Positions 52,900 to 64,000 of a DNA stretch of 64,000 nucleotides are shown piece by piece. The stretch is from the NCBI GenBank assembly GCA_001179505.1, contig CDMY01000431.1, forward strand, positions 1-64,000. The letters run 5' to 3'. The notes below the pieces were generated by a model, which did no database searches, was not told the origin of the DNA, and was given only the letters and a program-made list of their open reading frames with translations. The translations under genes and the position numbers were made by a program. Each line of letters starts with the position of its first letter. The first letter of the stretch is position 1. This DNA comes from Vitrella brassicaformis CCMP3155 (lineage: Eukaryota > Protista > Chromerida).

Positions 52900-54300
52900 C
52901 ACACCCATCAGAGCCAACGTAGACCGACTGACACCCATCAGAGCCAAGCCAGCCATTCGGTCACACATCAGCAGCAGCAGCTGTGTCTCGAAGAAACGGA
53001 TCGCCTTCAGAGATGATGACAGCCAGCACCCAGGGGATACCCTCCTGACGACACACACACATACACACACAGGGGGCAGGCAGGGCGACATTCCCTCATG
53101 GTGACAGAGGGACATGTATCGCTGCTCACCCACCAGCCATTGACTGAGGGATCCATCGGCTGCACCTCAACTGCGCCACCGTCACCTGCCGAAGCCACGA
53201 CACACACTCACACACGCGAATGAATTTGATGGATGTGGGGGCATCTGTGGTTTGTGTGGCTGCCTTTATCCACACCGACGGTGTCAGTATCATCGCCGCT
53301 GCCATCGTCTGAATCTGCACATGCCGCACACAAACAGAGAAGGCCACTGTCGTTATCTCGCAGCGCTTGAGCATCATCTTGTACTGCGCACACACCCACA
53401 CACACACTGTGCATCTCTGCTTCTGCAAATCGCAGCTGCAGACGCACCCACAAGTGCGTTGTGTGTGCACCTGATTGATCGTGGGAGTCCCTAGTCGTCC
53501 TGCGGCACTCGTTGCACCTGATTGGTCATGCAGTCTTCTCTTGCTCCATGGCCAACTGCCCGTACGTCTCTCGGTGGCCGCCGAAGCGGCCAAATATGCG
53601 TTAACACACAGACGAGAAGAGACACGATGAAGTTCCTTTAGGGCCTTCCTTTCTCCCTCACCTACGCAGCGGCGGGCTGCCGGGGGCAGGCGTGGATGAA
53701 GTAGGTGCATCGGAGATATAAGAGGGAGACAGTGATCCATCTGCACACACACACACGAGACACATACGCACGACCTGATCAGTATAGAATACTTCGACAG
53801 CTCACCTTCGATGTGCAATTGGCGGGACAATACAGTGCAGTTCAAAGTTGTCATCGGCCGATCTGCACACCACCCATCCCCGGAGAGAGAACACAAGACA
53901 AGTATCCCTTGTGTGTGTGCGTGTGTGTGTGTGTGTGTGCTGTTGGTCTGGCTATGGCTTGTGACGGTGCCGTCAACAAGCGACGTACTGTTCTCCAACA
54001 CACATAAACACACGAGATGACGTTGGTCGCCTTAGTATTCCCCTCTGGTTCGCCATGATGTTGTCCTTTTCAGCATGCCGCAACTTCATCTCCAACAGCA
54101 CATTCATCTGTGCGTCAGACATCCCCTTGCTCTTCCGCGTGTTGTCAGCCTCGAGGTCACGCTGACATGGAAGACACAGCTGCTGCGAGAATGAGAACAA
54201 GAAGCCGATCGAATATAAAATGTAGGCAGCAATTGAAGGCCTGCAGACAGACACACAGACAGACAGACAGACAGACAGGAAAGAAATCAGTCGGTCTGTT
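52900..54300 (-). pseudogene. Fragmentary exon-like segments of an unidentified, probably decayed gene
   Basis: Splice-bounded pieces such as [18 protein letters not shown]...MNVLLEMKLRHAEKDNIMANQRG. No coherent frame or family could be recognised. Confidence 0.3.
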
Positions 54301-54377
54301 TGCACTCGCCCCACACGTTGGCGTTCGTCCACGAGGTAAGTATCCGTGTGGAGGGGGCCGCACGTGCTGGGGCGCCG

Positions 54378-54750
54378 TGCATGTCAGGTGGCGTCGCACC
54401 TTGAGCAGGTTTGCAGCGTCCATCGTGCCTTCTCTGGCGGCTCCTGCGCCCACGATTGTGTGAATCTCGTCGATGAACATGACAATCATCCCTTCGGCCT
54501 CCTCCACCTCCTTCAGGACCGTCTCGAGCCTCTTCTCAAACTCTCCTCGGAGCTCGGCACCTGATCGATGCGGTGCGATGCGATGCCTCCAATGAATGGC
54601 GGCAATGAATGGATGGATGGCGATGTGAGCGGCTGGCTGGCTGGACGGCTGACCTTCAATCATGGCGCCCATGTCGAGAGCTACAAGTCTCCTGTTCTTC
54701 AGGGAGTCTGGCACGTCACCCGACACAAAGTCGCCTCGGAACTCGGGCGA
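54378..54750 (-). pseudogene. Isolated ClpB/HSP100 NBD1 fragment (two exons with their intron) inserted in an unrelated exon
   Basis: [24 protein letters not shown]|[54 protein letters not shown] is the Walker B region of ClpB. No other ClpB exons are present in the window. Confidence 0.88.
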
Positions 54751-55689
54751 GGGGACGCACGGGCTCTCCTCCGGGCGGGACGAAAGGGGGGAAGCGGACA
54801 CCGACGACGCCGGGAGGATGGGGCTGGAAGGCGAGGCTGAATGTCCTCATCATCCTCGTGTGAGTGCCGGCGAGCGGGGAGGTCACTCGCGCGGCGCCAG
54901 TGGATCGACACACACGATCGGCGTTTGGCCTCCTTCTCGAGCCTGCATCCACACAATTAGGAAACGACAGGCAGTTTGACGCAGTACTTCTCCGTGCGTG
55001 TCTTGATTGAAGAAACGGTGCGCGCTGTAATCAAAGGGGCGCAGACAGACAATGCCGTGTGGATAATACATGTAAGAAGGTTGGCGGCTTTTACTGACTT
55101 GCGGGCCCTTGGCCCGTGGCGTTGGGCAGCAGGCGTTGACGAGGTTTCCGCCTCCTCCACCTGCTTACAATTTGACAACAACAAATTGAGCTCAATGCCT
55201 ACCTGTCTGTGCGCCTCCGTGCACAAGAATCGAAAGAAGAGACTTCAGAATATAAAATGTAGACAACGATTTCCAGGCCCGACTGCCTGCAGACAGACAG
55301 GTATCTCAGTACATGTCTCTGTCCTCTTTTGAGACACAGACGACCGTCAGACGTCAACACACGCATTCCGGCGCTTGTTTTGTTTGCAAGCGCCTCCTTC
55401 TGTACTTGTCAAGTGCTGTTGGCGGCGGCAAGGGGCGTAGCTTGCTTATAGGCGGCGGCCCGAGAGCAGGCGGTGCAGGTGGCTGGACGAATGCGTGCTG
55501 TTCCTGCATTGAAAGAACAACAAAGGACCAATTGATTCATGATCTTTTCTTCATTTCCTTCCGCCCACCCGTCCGCGGAGATTCACGTAAGCGGGACCAG
55601 GCCCAGTCTGCAAGGGGAGGGGGGGAGGGGTGAAATGCATCTTCCATGCTCATCATAGATCAACAGGTCTTTCTCTCTGACCCCCGCAG

Positions 55690-55985
55690 ATGGATATCCG
55701 TGCCTCGTTGGCGTTCGCCCACGAGGGGGAGGGGAGTTTGCGAGTGGCGGGGGCCGCACAGACTGGGGCGCCTGAGTGCCGTAGGGGGGGAGGGGACGCA
55801 CGGGCTCTCCTCCGGGCGGGACGAAAGAGGGGAAGCCAACACGGACGACGCCGGGGGGTCGCACGGGTCCCTGAGGAGTGGGGTACGCGTGGAAGGCGGG
55901 GCTGAATGTCGTCATCATCCTCGTGTGAGTGCCGGCAAGCGGGGAGGTCACTCGCGCGGCGCCAGTGGATCGACACAAGCAAAAT
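55690..55985 (-). repeat. Pro-rich exon duplicated at about 54310-54920, where it is split by the ClpB insert
   Basis: Near-identical ggggacgcacgggctctcctccgggcgggacgaaag and catcctcgtgtgagtgccggc.agcggggaggtcactcgcgcggcgccagtggatcgacac. The distal part cgttggcgttcg.ccacgagg...ggggcgcc is also found at 54316-54376. Confidence 0.85.
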
Positions 55986-56020
55986 GCATTATGACCGAAC
56001 ACATGGCCAAATGCACACGT

Positions 56021-56440
56021 GTGTGAAGAGATCGATGAAAGCACTGTCGTTGAAACCGTTTTTCAGCGGTACGTTGACCGAATAACCAAGGCCAGGACCC
56101 TCACCAATGTCCTGACACGCACACACGAACACACACGCACTCGTTGACGTGTGTGTTCATTTCTCTGTTGTCTGCGTGTGTGACACACACATGCACCTGT
56201 TAGTGCAGAAGAAGGCTTTCGCGACCCCCATCGCCATGGTGTTTGTCAGCCAGTACGCAGTCGTTCAGGTGGCAAAATCCTGCATGCACACAAACAGAGG
56301 GCGAGACCACGCTGGTGGAATTGCTGGTGGCTCAGCCTGTCTGTCTGCGTACATACCAAACGGTCCGTCTTTCTCCCTGTGGAGCCCTCCCAGCTAAAGG
56401 CAATGCGGGCCTTCTTGTGATTGAGGATTCGGGCGCTGTC
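56021..56440 (-). pseudogene. Class I histone deacetylase (RPD3/HDAC1-like) exon remnants
   Basis: Three consecutive exons: SARILNHKKARIAFSWEG, then GFCHLNDCVLA-DKHHGDG(+1 frameshift)VAKAFFCTNR, then DIGEGPGLGYSVNVPLKNGFNDSAFIDLF. These match the class I motifs GFCYVNDIVLA, DxHHGDGVEEAF and DIGxGxGxxYxVNVPL. Confidence 0.8.
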
Positions 56441-57162
56441 TGAATACACACACGTGTGTTCTGAGGTCGCCCCTGCGGTATCCTATGGACGCTTCTGTCA
56501 TTCGCTCCTCTAGCTCTTTCCAATTGGCTCTTTCTCTTTGCCTACCTTTGCTGTTCAAGGATGGGCGGCAGGAGCCCCATTCCCAAGCCATTGGCTGCTG
56601 ACGTCGACCTCATCAGAGGAAAGTCACCATGATCCATATCGTTCAAGGGGCGCCAAGAAGATCTAGATTAAATCTCCAAAGTCTCGCACACTCTCTCTAT
56701 GGGCTCTCGCTGGGAATAGGCCGTGCCGATGACTCGTAGGTCCTCAAACGTCCATGAGGATCGCTGTGGCATCTGATGCTGACGCAGGAGAGGGGCCACC
56801 AATGTGGGGAAAGCTGGGCAGAAAGACGTGCAGAAAGAACGCGGAGTGGGCAAACACACAACCAGAAGTAAGATACGAGGGAGAAGTGAGAGAAACTATG
56901 AGAACGGAGAAGAACTGGCACGACCCGATTTTTAAATCCTCGCGAGACGGGAGACGGCCAAGATCGAATCTCGCCGCGAGATTCTCGCCGCAAGCTTGAA
57001 AGGTCTTTCCGGCTCTGATGCTTCCAGGGCAGTGGACATCTCTACTGTTCTGCCAGGTAGATAAAGCCACCCAGGAAGGCTGCCGTCATTGCGTGTGTCA
57101 CCAACCAACGTATAGATCCCCTAGCTCGCACGGCAAGGGGATTCCGGTCAAAAGAAGCGAAG

Positions 57163-57810
57163 ATGGCCGATATGTGGCCTCGCGAGAAGTACCTCATATG
57201 GTTTCGGTGGTCGGACTCCTCGCTGTCCACCAACTGTGTGCTGCGCGGCCTCAAGACGGTAGCTGACTTGAAGGGGGTGTTGGTGAAGGAACACGCGGTG
57301 AGGAGGGGGACAGGAGAGGCGCCCAACACCCAACGCGCACACCAACGTCTGTCTTCATGTCGTCATTTGTGCCTGCAGCATCTCTACAAGATCACGAGCG
57401 AGATCGTCTTGTTCGGCCGTGCCGGTGAGCCGTCCACCGATGCCGACGACCACAAGACTCTCGACGAGTTCTTCGGCGAGCTCGGCAGAACAGAAGAGCA
57501 GCCGATTGTCATGAGGAAGCCACCGACGGTGCCCAAACTCTCGACAAGTGACTGTCTGTGAGGCCGAGAGAGGGAGACAGAGGCAGGCCGGTGGCCGGTG
57601 TATGTCTCACTCGCTGTGTGTGTCGTCCACAGAGCTCCCCGTTACTCCTCCGGAAGTCACAGGTGAGGGAGTGAGGGAGTGAGGTGACGGTGCGTTGCTT
57701 TCTATCTGGCTTCTCATTCATATGCAGTCATTGGCACAGTCGAGGAGCAGTGGAAAAGGCGGCAGCAAGCGAAAGACCCGATACCTGCGGCATTCTTTGT
57801 TCAAGACTGA
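57163..57810 (+). CDS. Small spliced protein, possible ubiquitin-like header domain
   Basis: MADMWPREKYLIWFRWSDSSLSTNCVLRGLKTVADLKGVLVKEHA|HLYKITSEIVLFGRAGEPSTDADDHKTLDEFFGELGRTEEQPIVMRKPP..., then two short exons to a TGA at 57808. Confidence 0.45.
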
Positions 57811-58390
57811 CAACTGGCTGCTCGTTACCCCGGCCGTGCGATCTGCCTGTGCTCGATGCGAACCGTTCCTGCGATGTACATATTCATGATGTACACTAAC
57901 ACACCGACTTGCCTACGTGGTCGTCAAGGCGTGTATTGTTATGTGCCTGTCGCATGTCACACAGTCAATACTTCCTGTGTGAAGCGTGATTGGTCATGGA
58001 TCATATTTCTGCCCTTCATTACCCGCCCACTGCGTGCACAGATGAGGGAGGCGATTGATTTTCTGCCTGGTCTCCCTCTGTCGTGGCTAACTGACTTAAC
58101 ATCGTCTGTTCAGTCCCCCGTTTGTCTCGCAATGCACCAATACAACCTACTAGACACACATTCGCACACACAGAAAGAGCAGAGCAGGGTGCTTGACCGC
58201 CCAGCTGCACAGCACAGCACAAGACGGCCAAATAAAGCACGTCAGTCAGTCATCAGTGACCTTCGCTCACCGCCTCAGCTCTCGCTTCCAAGGAAGTCAT
58301 TCACTCACCTGGTGGCGTCACTCAGACTCTTGCCGCCTTGCAGACAGAGGCAGTGGCCCGCCAGGTGATGGTCAATGATGCCTCTGTCTG

Positions 58391-58474
58391 GACGACATAT
58401 GAACAGGTGAGACATATGAACAGGACGACATATGAACAGGTGAGACACACCTGTGAGACACACCTGTGAGACAC
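58391..58474. repeat. Compound minisatellite (gacatatgaacagg x3, then gtgagacacacct-type units)
   Basis: Read directly in the sequence. Confidence 0.85.
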
Positions 58475-58589
58475 AATCCACACGGATGCGTCTCTCATGA
58501 TTATGCTAGCTGTGTGTGATCTTTGGTGTGCGTGTGTGTGCAGTCATGTGAGGATGAGCGAGGAAATGGGGCGGCTGGTGTGATGATGA

Positions 58590-58697
58590 ATGGATGGAGC
58601 GACTCATGTACGTTTTCTGTGCGGCATGGATGGAGCGACTCATGTACGTTTTCTGTGCGGCATGGATGGATGGACTTATGTACGTTTTGTGTGCGGC
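58590..58697. repeat. 36-bp tandem repeat x3
   Basis: atggatggagcgactcatgtacgttttctgtgcggc at 58590 and 58626, with a diverged copy at 58662. Confidence 0.92.
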
Positions 58698-58879
58698 GAA
58701 TGAACAAACACCGATCCATCGAGCCCATGCATGCATGCCTACTACCAAAACAATGCATCTACACAACGCTTCTCTCAGCTAGCTACAGCTCTTGTGCGTC
58801 AGCGACATGATAGTGAGCACACTGCTTCAGAAATGACCTGAGGGAGACACACATGAGGAGGGAAACCCATTTTCCCCAC

Positions 58880-60485
58880 CTATGTGTGGGTTGTCGTCGT
58901 GTGTCTCAGCCCATCGTACGTGATGGTATCTGTGAAGTGTCTGGTGGCCTCTGCCTCGTTCATGCTCATCTGCACTGTCGTCGATATCTCATAACCCACA
59001 TAGTCACCCTCGCCACCACCAGCCGCAGACGAGGAGAACGACTCCTTCCTGTCCCCCTCACCCCCCTCCCCCTCTGTCAGTGTCTCGTGCTGGCGATCCT
59101 CGGTGGGTGTGTGGCTGCTGCTGCTCTCACGCCTCCTTTCCTCCTCCTTGTGTTGCTGCGGGGGTCTTGGCAGGCCGCCATTTGCGAGCGGGATCTCGGT
59201 ACATCGGACAGTGGGCAGTGAGCGGAATCGCTCCCACTCATTTGTCTTGAGGAACAAGCGACTCAGACGGACCTGCGAGAAAGCGACGGCAAAGAGAGGG
59301 TCCGTGTCTCGCTCTCTATGCTGAGTGTGGTCACCCGAATGTGAGGCGTGAATGCAGTTCCGACACTCTCGAGGAGGTTCGGCCCCATAAAGCCGACCGA
59401 TGGGCCGTGCGCGAACACCTTAGAAGTCCACTGGCCATTTGTCCCACCATTGCCGTCTCCCTCCTCTCGCCGAGGGGAGGTGTTAGGCGCACTTCCCTTT
59501 TCTGTTGTGTCTTTGGTCCATACGAGGGACTCTGGCGAGAGGCACTCGCCCATTTGCGTCTGGACGTCCGCCAGGATGGCCGCCAGCTCGGCGAAGACCG
59601 CACGCACAGGGCGGCCAGCACTGCACGGATGCATGGAGGCAGAATTGATGCAGATGCCTGTCACTTTCTTCTCTGTACCCGATGACTTTGATGACGAGAT
59701 GGTCAGAGAAGTTGATGAGTGCTGCGGCTGTGGGCGTGTCGCCGGCGGACACCAGCACAGACCGATGACGGGGCCACCAGCGAGGGAGCGACTCCTGCAA
59801 GCGAGCGACCCATCCATGCACAGCTGGGGAGGACAATGAGTGTGCGCCGCACCTGTCGCTGATTCTCAAAGAGATTGATGCCAAATTGGCCGGTGAGGAG
59901 AGACTGGTCTTCGGCAGACAGCGACTGATCGACACACACGCACAGACTTCGCCAGACAGTGCCTGTCTCTCTGACTCACGCACCTCCACGAGCAGGTGTC
60001 TGGCGTCTTTGAATGCCGCGCATTTCTTCATCGCCGGCACCAAAGCTTTCTCCACCTCCCGCAGAGAAAGCACCCCACGATTGGTCGTCCCTGCATCCAT
60101 CGGACAGACACACGATGGGTGGATGGACAGACGCCATGATGCACATGTCTCCCTGACCAGAGAAAGAGCTGGTGGTGCATGTGGAAGTGAGAAACGGCGT
60201 CCCTTGCAGATTCCGCCGCACCGCCAGCTGCCACTCCGACTTGCCCAACCCAGGCGGGCACACAATCGGGCTGTCCATCTGGTGGCTCACAGACGCGTCC
60301 ACCAATGCCTTGCTGCCGCTCTCGATGGGCGTGAAGACGGAGAGCGGCGGGAAGGTGGCCGCCTGTGCCCATGGTGGGTGGAGAAATGTGAGGATGGCGT
60401 GGGTGAGCGGCTTGAAGAGGGTGAAGGATTCCTCGTCACCGGCAGATGCCCCGCCTGTCATGCGTCGTGCATCCCTGACCGTGCA

Positions 60486-60521
<36 letters not shown>

Positions 60522-63500
60522 TGTCATAACCTGGCAGCTGAAATATCTCTCCTGCGAGAGCGATCTCGTTCAGAGTGAAGCCGGAATCGGTCCTGCACAA
60601 CACGCATCGACAGACAGTCAGTGAGACGCCAGCAATGTCGATCGAGGAGAGCGTCACAGACACACACACTCACTGTTTGCCTCTGAGTTGTGCGGTGATC
60701 TCATTGATGTCGCCGCCCTTGATCGTGAAGTCAAATGAGGGCACTGGCAGCTGACAAGAGGGAGAGGGAGACAATTTGTGAGTGGGTGTGTGAGCAGTAG
60801 AGACAAACAGGTGGACCATGGCATCAGCGTCTGCGCCAGGGATGTGTGTGTCCTCTGTGGCCAGCTCTTCTTCTCTCTCAATCAGCTCCGACACCCCTCT
60901 GTTGAACTGCTCGACCACCTGTGCCTCGCTCATGCCCAGACTGCTGACCGTACGCACCCACACCAAACCTGCACACAAGTCAACACACAGACCGATGGAT
61001 GCACGTCTCTGCATCTTCCCTCTCCATGCTGCATTCTTACCAGAGTTGCCCAACTGTTTCAGTGGTTTCTTGCTCTCAACAAAGCGGAAAGCCAGGCGGT
61101 GCTCTGCGCACATCTTGGCCAGCTCACTTGTGTCCCTCCCCACCATACTCCGCCGACTTCTCTGCGACCGCACTTCGCCACCGCTCTCCTGCTGCTGAGG
61201 ATGCTGTGCTTGTGTATTGTCCATCATGGCCGGGCGCAGGTGGTCTTCCATCAGTTTGGGGATGACCAGACGAGCCGAGAGCTCTAGTGCGGTGCCGAGG
61301 CCTTCTGGGAGGGCGGTGAGGTAGCCGAGGCGATTGGAGTAGGCAAAGGCCATGTCTGTGTCGCTTGACTGGAAGGCCCGCAACACGTGGAAGAGGCGCT
61401 CTACGCAGCGGAGAGCGTTTCCCTCCGCGTCGCAAGAGGCGATGTCGAGGTGGTTGCGGGCGTTCATCACGCCGCCCCACAGACAGCTGCCACTCAGAAA
61501 CGCACTACGACCTGACACACACACATACACACAGACACACATACACACAGACACACACACAGAGTTCGTTGCTGTGTGAATGCATGCGTGTGTTGTGTAC
61601 CGACCAATGGGCCACTTTTGCTTGAAGCCGGCACACGAGTGGAACTCAGTCAGATTGGGATAGAAGCCCAGAGGGAACATCAGGTCGCGACCGAGCTGCA
61701 ATCAGTAAGACAGTCAATCAATCAACAAATCAGTCGATCAATCGGTCAAGAAACATGCCCTCGTGTTTGTGTCTCAGACTGACTGACTTTGTCTTGTGGC
61801 GAGTCAGAGAAGCCGAAGACGGCTGGCGGGCCGACATACTGCGCATCAGGCTCAATGGCCGTACTCAGTTCTGCCGACGACTCAACCGCATGGAAGGTGG
61901 CACGCAGCTGACGCAGACACACGCACACGAGTGATGCACATCGTCTCCTTCCACCCTTTCCGCATTCCTCGCTGACTTTTGTTTCGATGTGTGTGAGCTG
62001 CTGCGGCAGTGCGCCCGGCACAAAGGGCTCATTTGCCACATTCCGTTGCACCTGATGTACACACACTTACGCTACGCTTCTTTCTCCCTGTCTCTGTTCT
62101 GTATGCTTCTCGGATTACCTTGGCAACGATGAGCGGTACGTATGTTTGGCTGAGCGTCTGGATGAATCTGTCCTTCAGGGGAGCAGTGGGAGCATCAGAA
62201 GGACAGGTGGGAGACGCCAACACGAGATCGTCGTGCTGCAACGAAAGAAGGCACACCACACAACAGTCCCTCTCTCTTTCTCCGATTCTTAGGATGCGCG
62301 TGTGTTCAGACCTAATCGACGCACTCACTTGGAGCTCTTGTGGTTCTACTTTGTGGTATGCGGCGATGAGGGGATCGAACAGCTCCTGATAGACGTCGTA
62401 CGCAGCGGCCTCGCCCACCGACACGCCGCAGCTCGTCACGCCGTCCCACGAACTGACATTGGTAAAGTGAGAGAGTATACAGACATCTTTCTGTTTGAGT
62501 GTATGTTACGTGTCTCCGCTGGGGCAGAGGCAGCATGTGAGGAGGGCATCCAAAATGGGCCACTTGAACTCAAGCCGAGGCGCACCCTCCTCGCCCTGTT
62601 GGTCATCCTCCTGCATGCATATACACAGGCACACAACATGCATGTCTCTATGCATGCGTCGCGGCTTACGGTAATCATTTTGTGTTGCAGCATCCTGAAT
62701 GTCTCCAGCTGTGATGGCGTGAGGAGAGTGCTGTTCTGCTGTGTGATGTGGCTTAGCTGCAGCCCCGCCGCCATGGCAGCGTCCACGTCAAACAAACCGT
62801 CACGTGACGGCAGTGAGATGTCCGTCTCGCGCCGCTGGTGCCGGAACGTCTCAATAGCCGCCGTCTCCCCACCGCCCCTCTCTTCTTCGTGGTCGAGGGC
62901 CATCTGCAGCAGCGGGGAGAGGTCGGCCCTCCATGTCTGCGTCATGGTTCACACACACAGCAATGAACACACCAAGACAGAAGAAGAAAGAGGAGAAAGG
63001 GGCGTTCAGACAATCAGCTCATTTACAGCGGCGAAAGGGCTGAGTAGCTCGTCCATGAGTATCTGGTCCACCCGTACCACCCCCTGCGCAGCCTCCAGCA
63101 GCTTGGTCAACGTCTCAACCTCATCCGCACCGAAACGCGACCGCCACACCAGCTCCACCACACCCTGTAGGCACACACAGATGGATGAGTGGATGGATGG
63201 ATGGACACTCAAATGTGCATGTAAGTGGCCTTCTCTCTTTCTCTCTGCGTGTGTGTACTTGCCTCTTCCAGTCGTGTGTATTTGCCAATCTTGAGGCCCC
63301 GCCCATCAGCCTCTTCACGCAGCCGCTGGTGGCCCGCCAGACACAGCCCCGGCAGCCGCAGCCCGACAGAACACCTGACGAGAAACAGAGGCCAACAAGA
63401 TGAATTCAGGAGTGCGTCCATTTGTGTACCGTAGAGAGTGTCCTGCGTTGCCCGGGTCGTAAGAGAGGAAGCCAAATGTGGAGTGGTAGCTATATGCCTG

Positions 63501-64000
63501 GCTCGCCACCTCAGAGCCCAATGTGCGCTGCAGCCATTCACCGACAGACAGACAGATGGCAATATAAGCACGCAAAGACGGACGGAGAGAGCTTCATACC
63601 GCGATGAGCTCCAGGATCTCTGCCACTTTGAGCAGGCCCTTCTGGAAGGCACTTGATGTGGGCGAGGTGACCCGCTTGACCACCTTGACATGATCGGTGG
63701 TGTTGACCCATATGGCGGTCTCCATGTCGTCTCCCAGCCACATGAGACGGCCCGTCGGCCACTCACGATTCAGATCGATGCAGTCCAACATCTCAACCTG
63801 CATTGAATTCAGCACGACAGTGGGCGTGGCTGTGTTGTGTGTGTGGTTGGTCATCTTGCCTTGTGTGGGAAGAGGCCCAGCCGAGAGAGCCGGTGCTTCA
63901 AGTGGGGCTGCCGCTCTTCCAATGCTCTCACTGGCACATAGTCACCCTGACACCGCACACACAGTTGCACACAGAATGCCATTTCTCGCGCTCTTGTGCA
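58880..64000 (-). CDS. Multi-domain phosphagen (arginine/creatine) kinase-like protein, at least three tandem degenerate domains; 5' end beyond the right edge
   Basis: Repeated family motifs: WPTGRLMW..WVNTTDH / WPIGR..VMNARNHL / WPRHR..LINFSDHL; GEAAAYDVYQELFDPLIAAYH / GDEESFTLFKPL; RLGYLTALPEGLGTAL; RTDSGFTL; VRRNLQGTPF; SSLGMSEAQVVEQFNRGVSELIERE. Confidence 0.8.

Noticed and set aside
54378-54750. A functional ClpB gene
   Set aside because: Only the Walker B region is present; the N-domain, Walker A, M-domain and NBD2 are absent and the flanks belong to another exon.
58590-58697. 36-bp repeats as a CRISPR array
   Set aside because: The units are directly adjacent with no spacers, there are no cas genes, and the context is eukaryotic.

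Overview
Intron-rich eukaryotic genomic DNA: GC-rich exons, short GT-AG introns full of (CA)n/(GACA)n/(ATCC)n microsatellites. The style and the ankyrin family suggest a chromerid alveolate such as Vitrella (inference, not verified). Exons were stitched by eye, so boundaries are approximate. Housekeeping genes: aldehyde dehydrogenase (cut by the left edge), a kynurenine-3-monooxygenase-like flavoprotein, full-length ER HSP70 BiP (ends HDEL), a divergent AAA+ ATPase, a large EF-hand protein, and a multi-domain phosphagen-kinase-like gene with no intact catalytic motifs (cut by the right edge). About half the window is a birth-and-death array of five paralogous ankyrin-repeat genes: A, B, C on minus (6.1-23.3 kb) and D, E on plus (44.5-52.2 kb). 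Several ORF-track stops are really GTAAGC splice donors, so B, C and D continue into low-complexity exons and end in RING-HC fingers; B and C also carry coiled-coil and UIM-like segments. A and E end in a shared unknown domain. Copies A and B are each followed by a small gene encoding a coiled coil plus one or two HSP70 substrate-binding beta-sandwiches, with no ATPase domain and no lid. This paired arrangement is the best candidate for an undescribed system. The window also holds decayed or captured gene fragments: a PARP-like ADP-ribosyltransferase, a RING gene, an intron-containing ClpB piece inserted inside a duplicated exon, and class I HDAC exons. No rRNA, tRNA, CRISPR array or transposase was seen.
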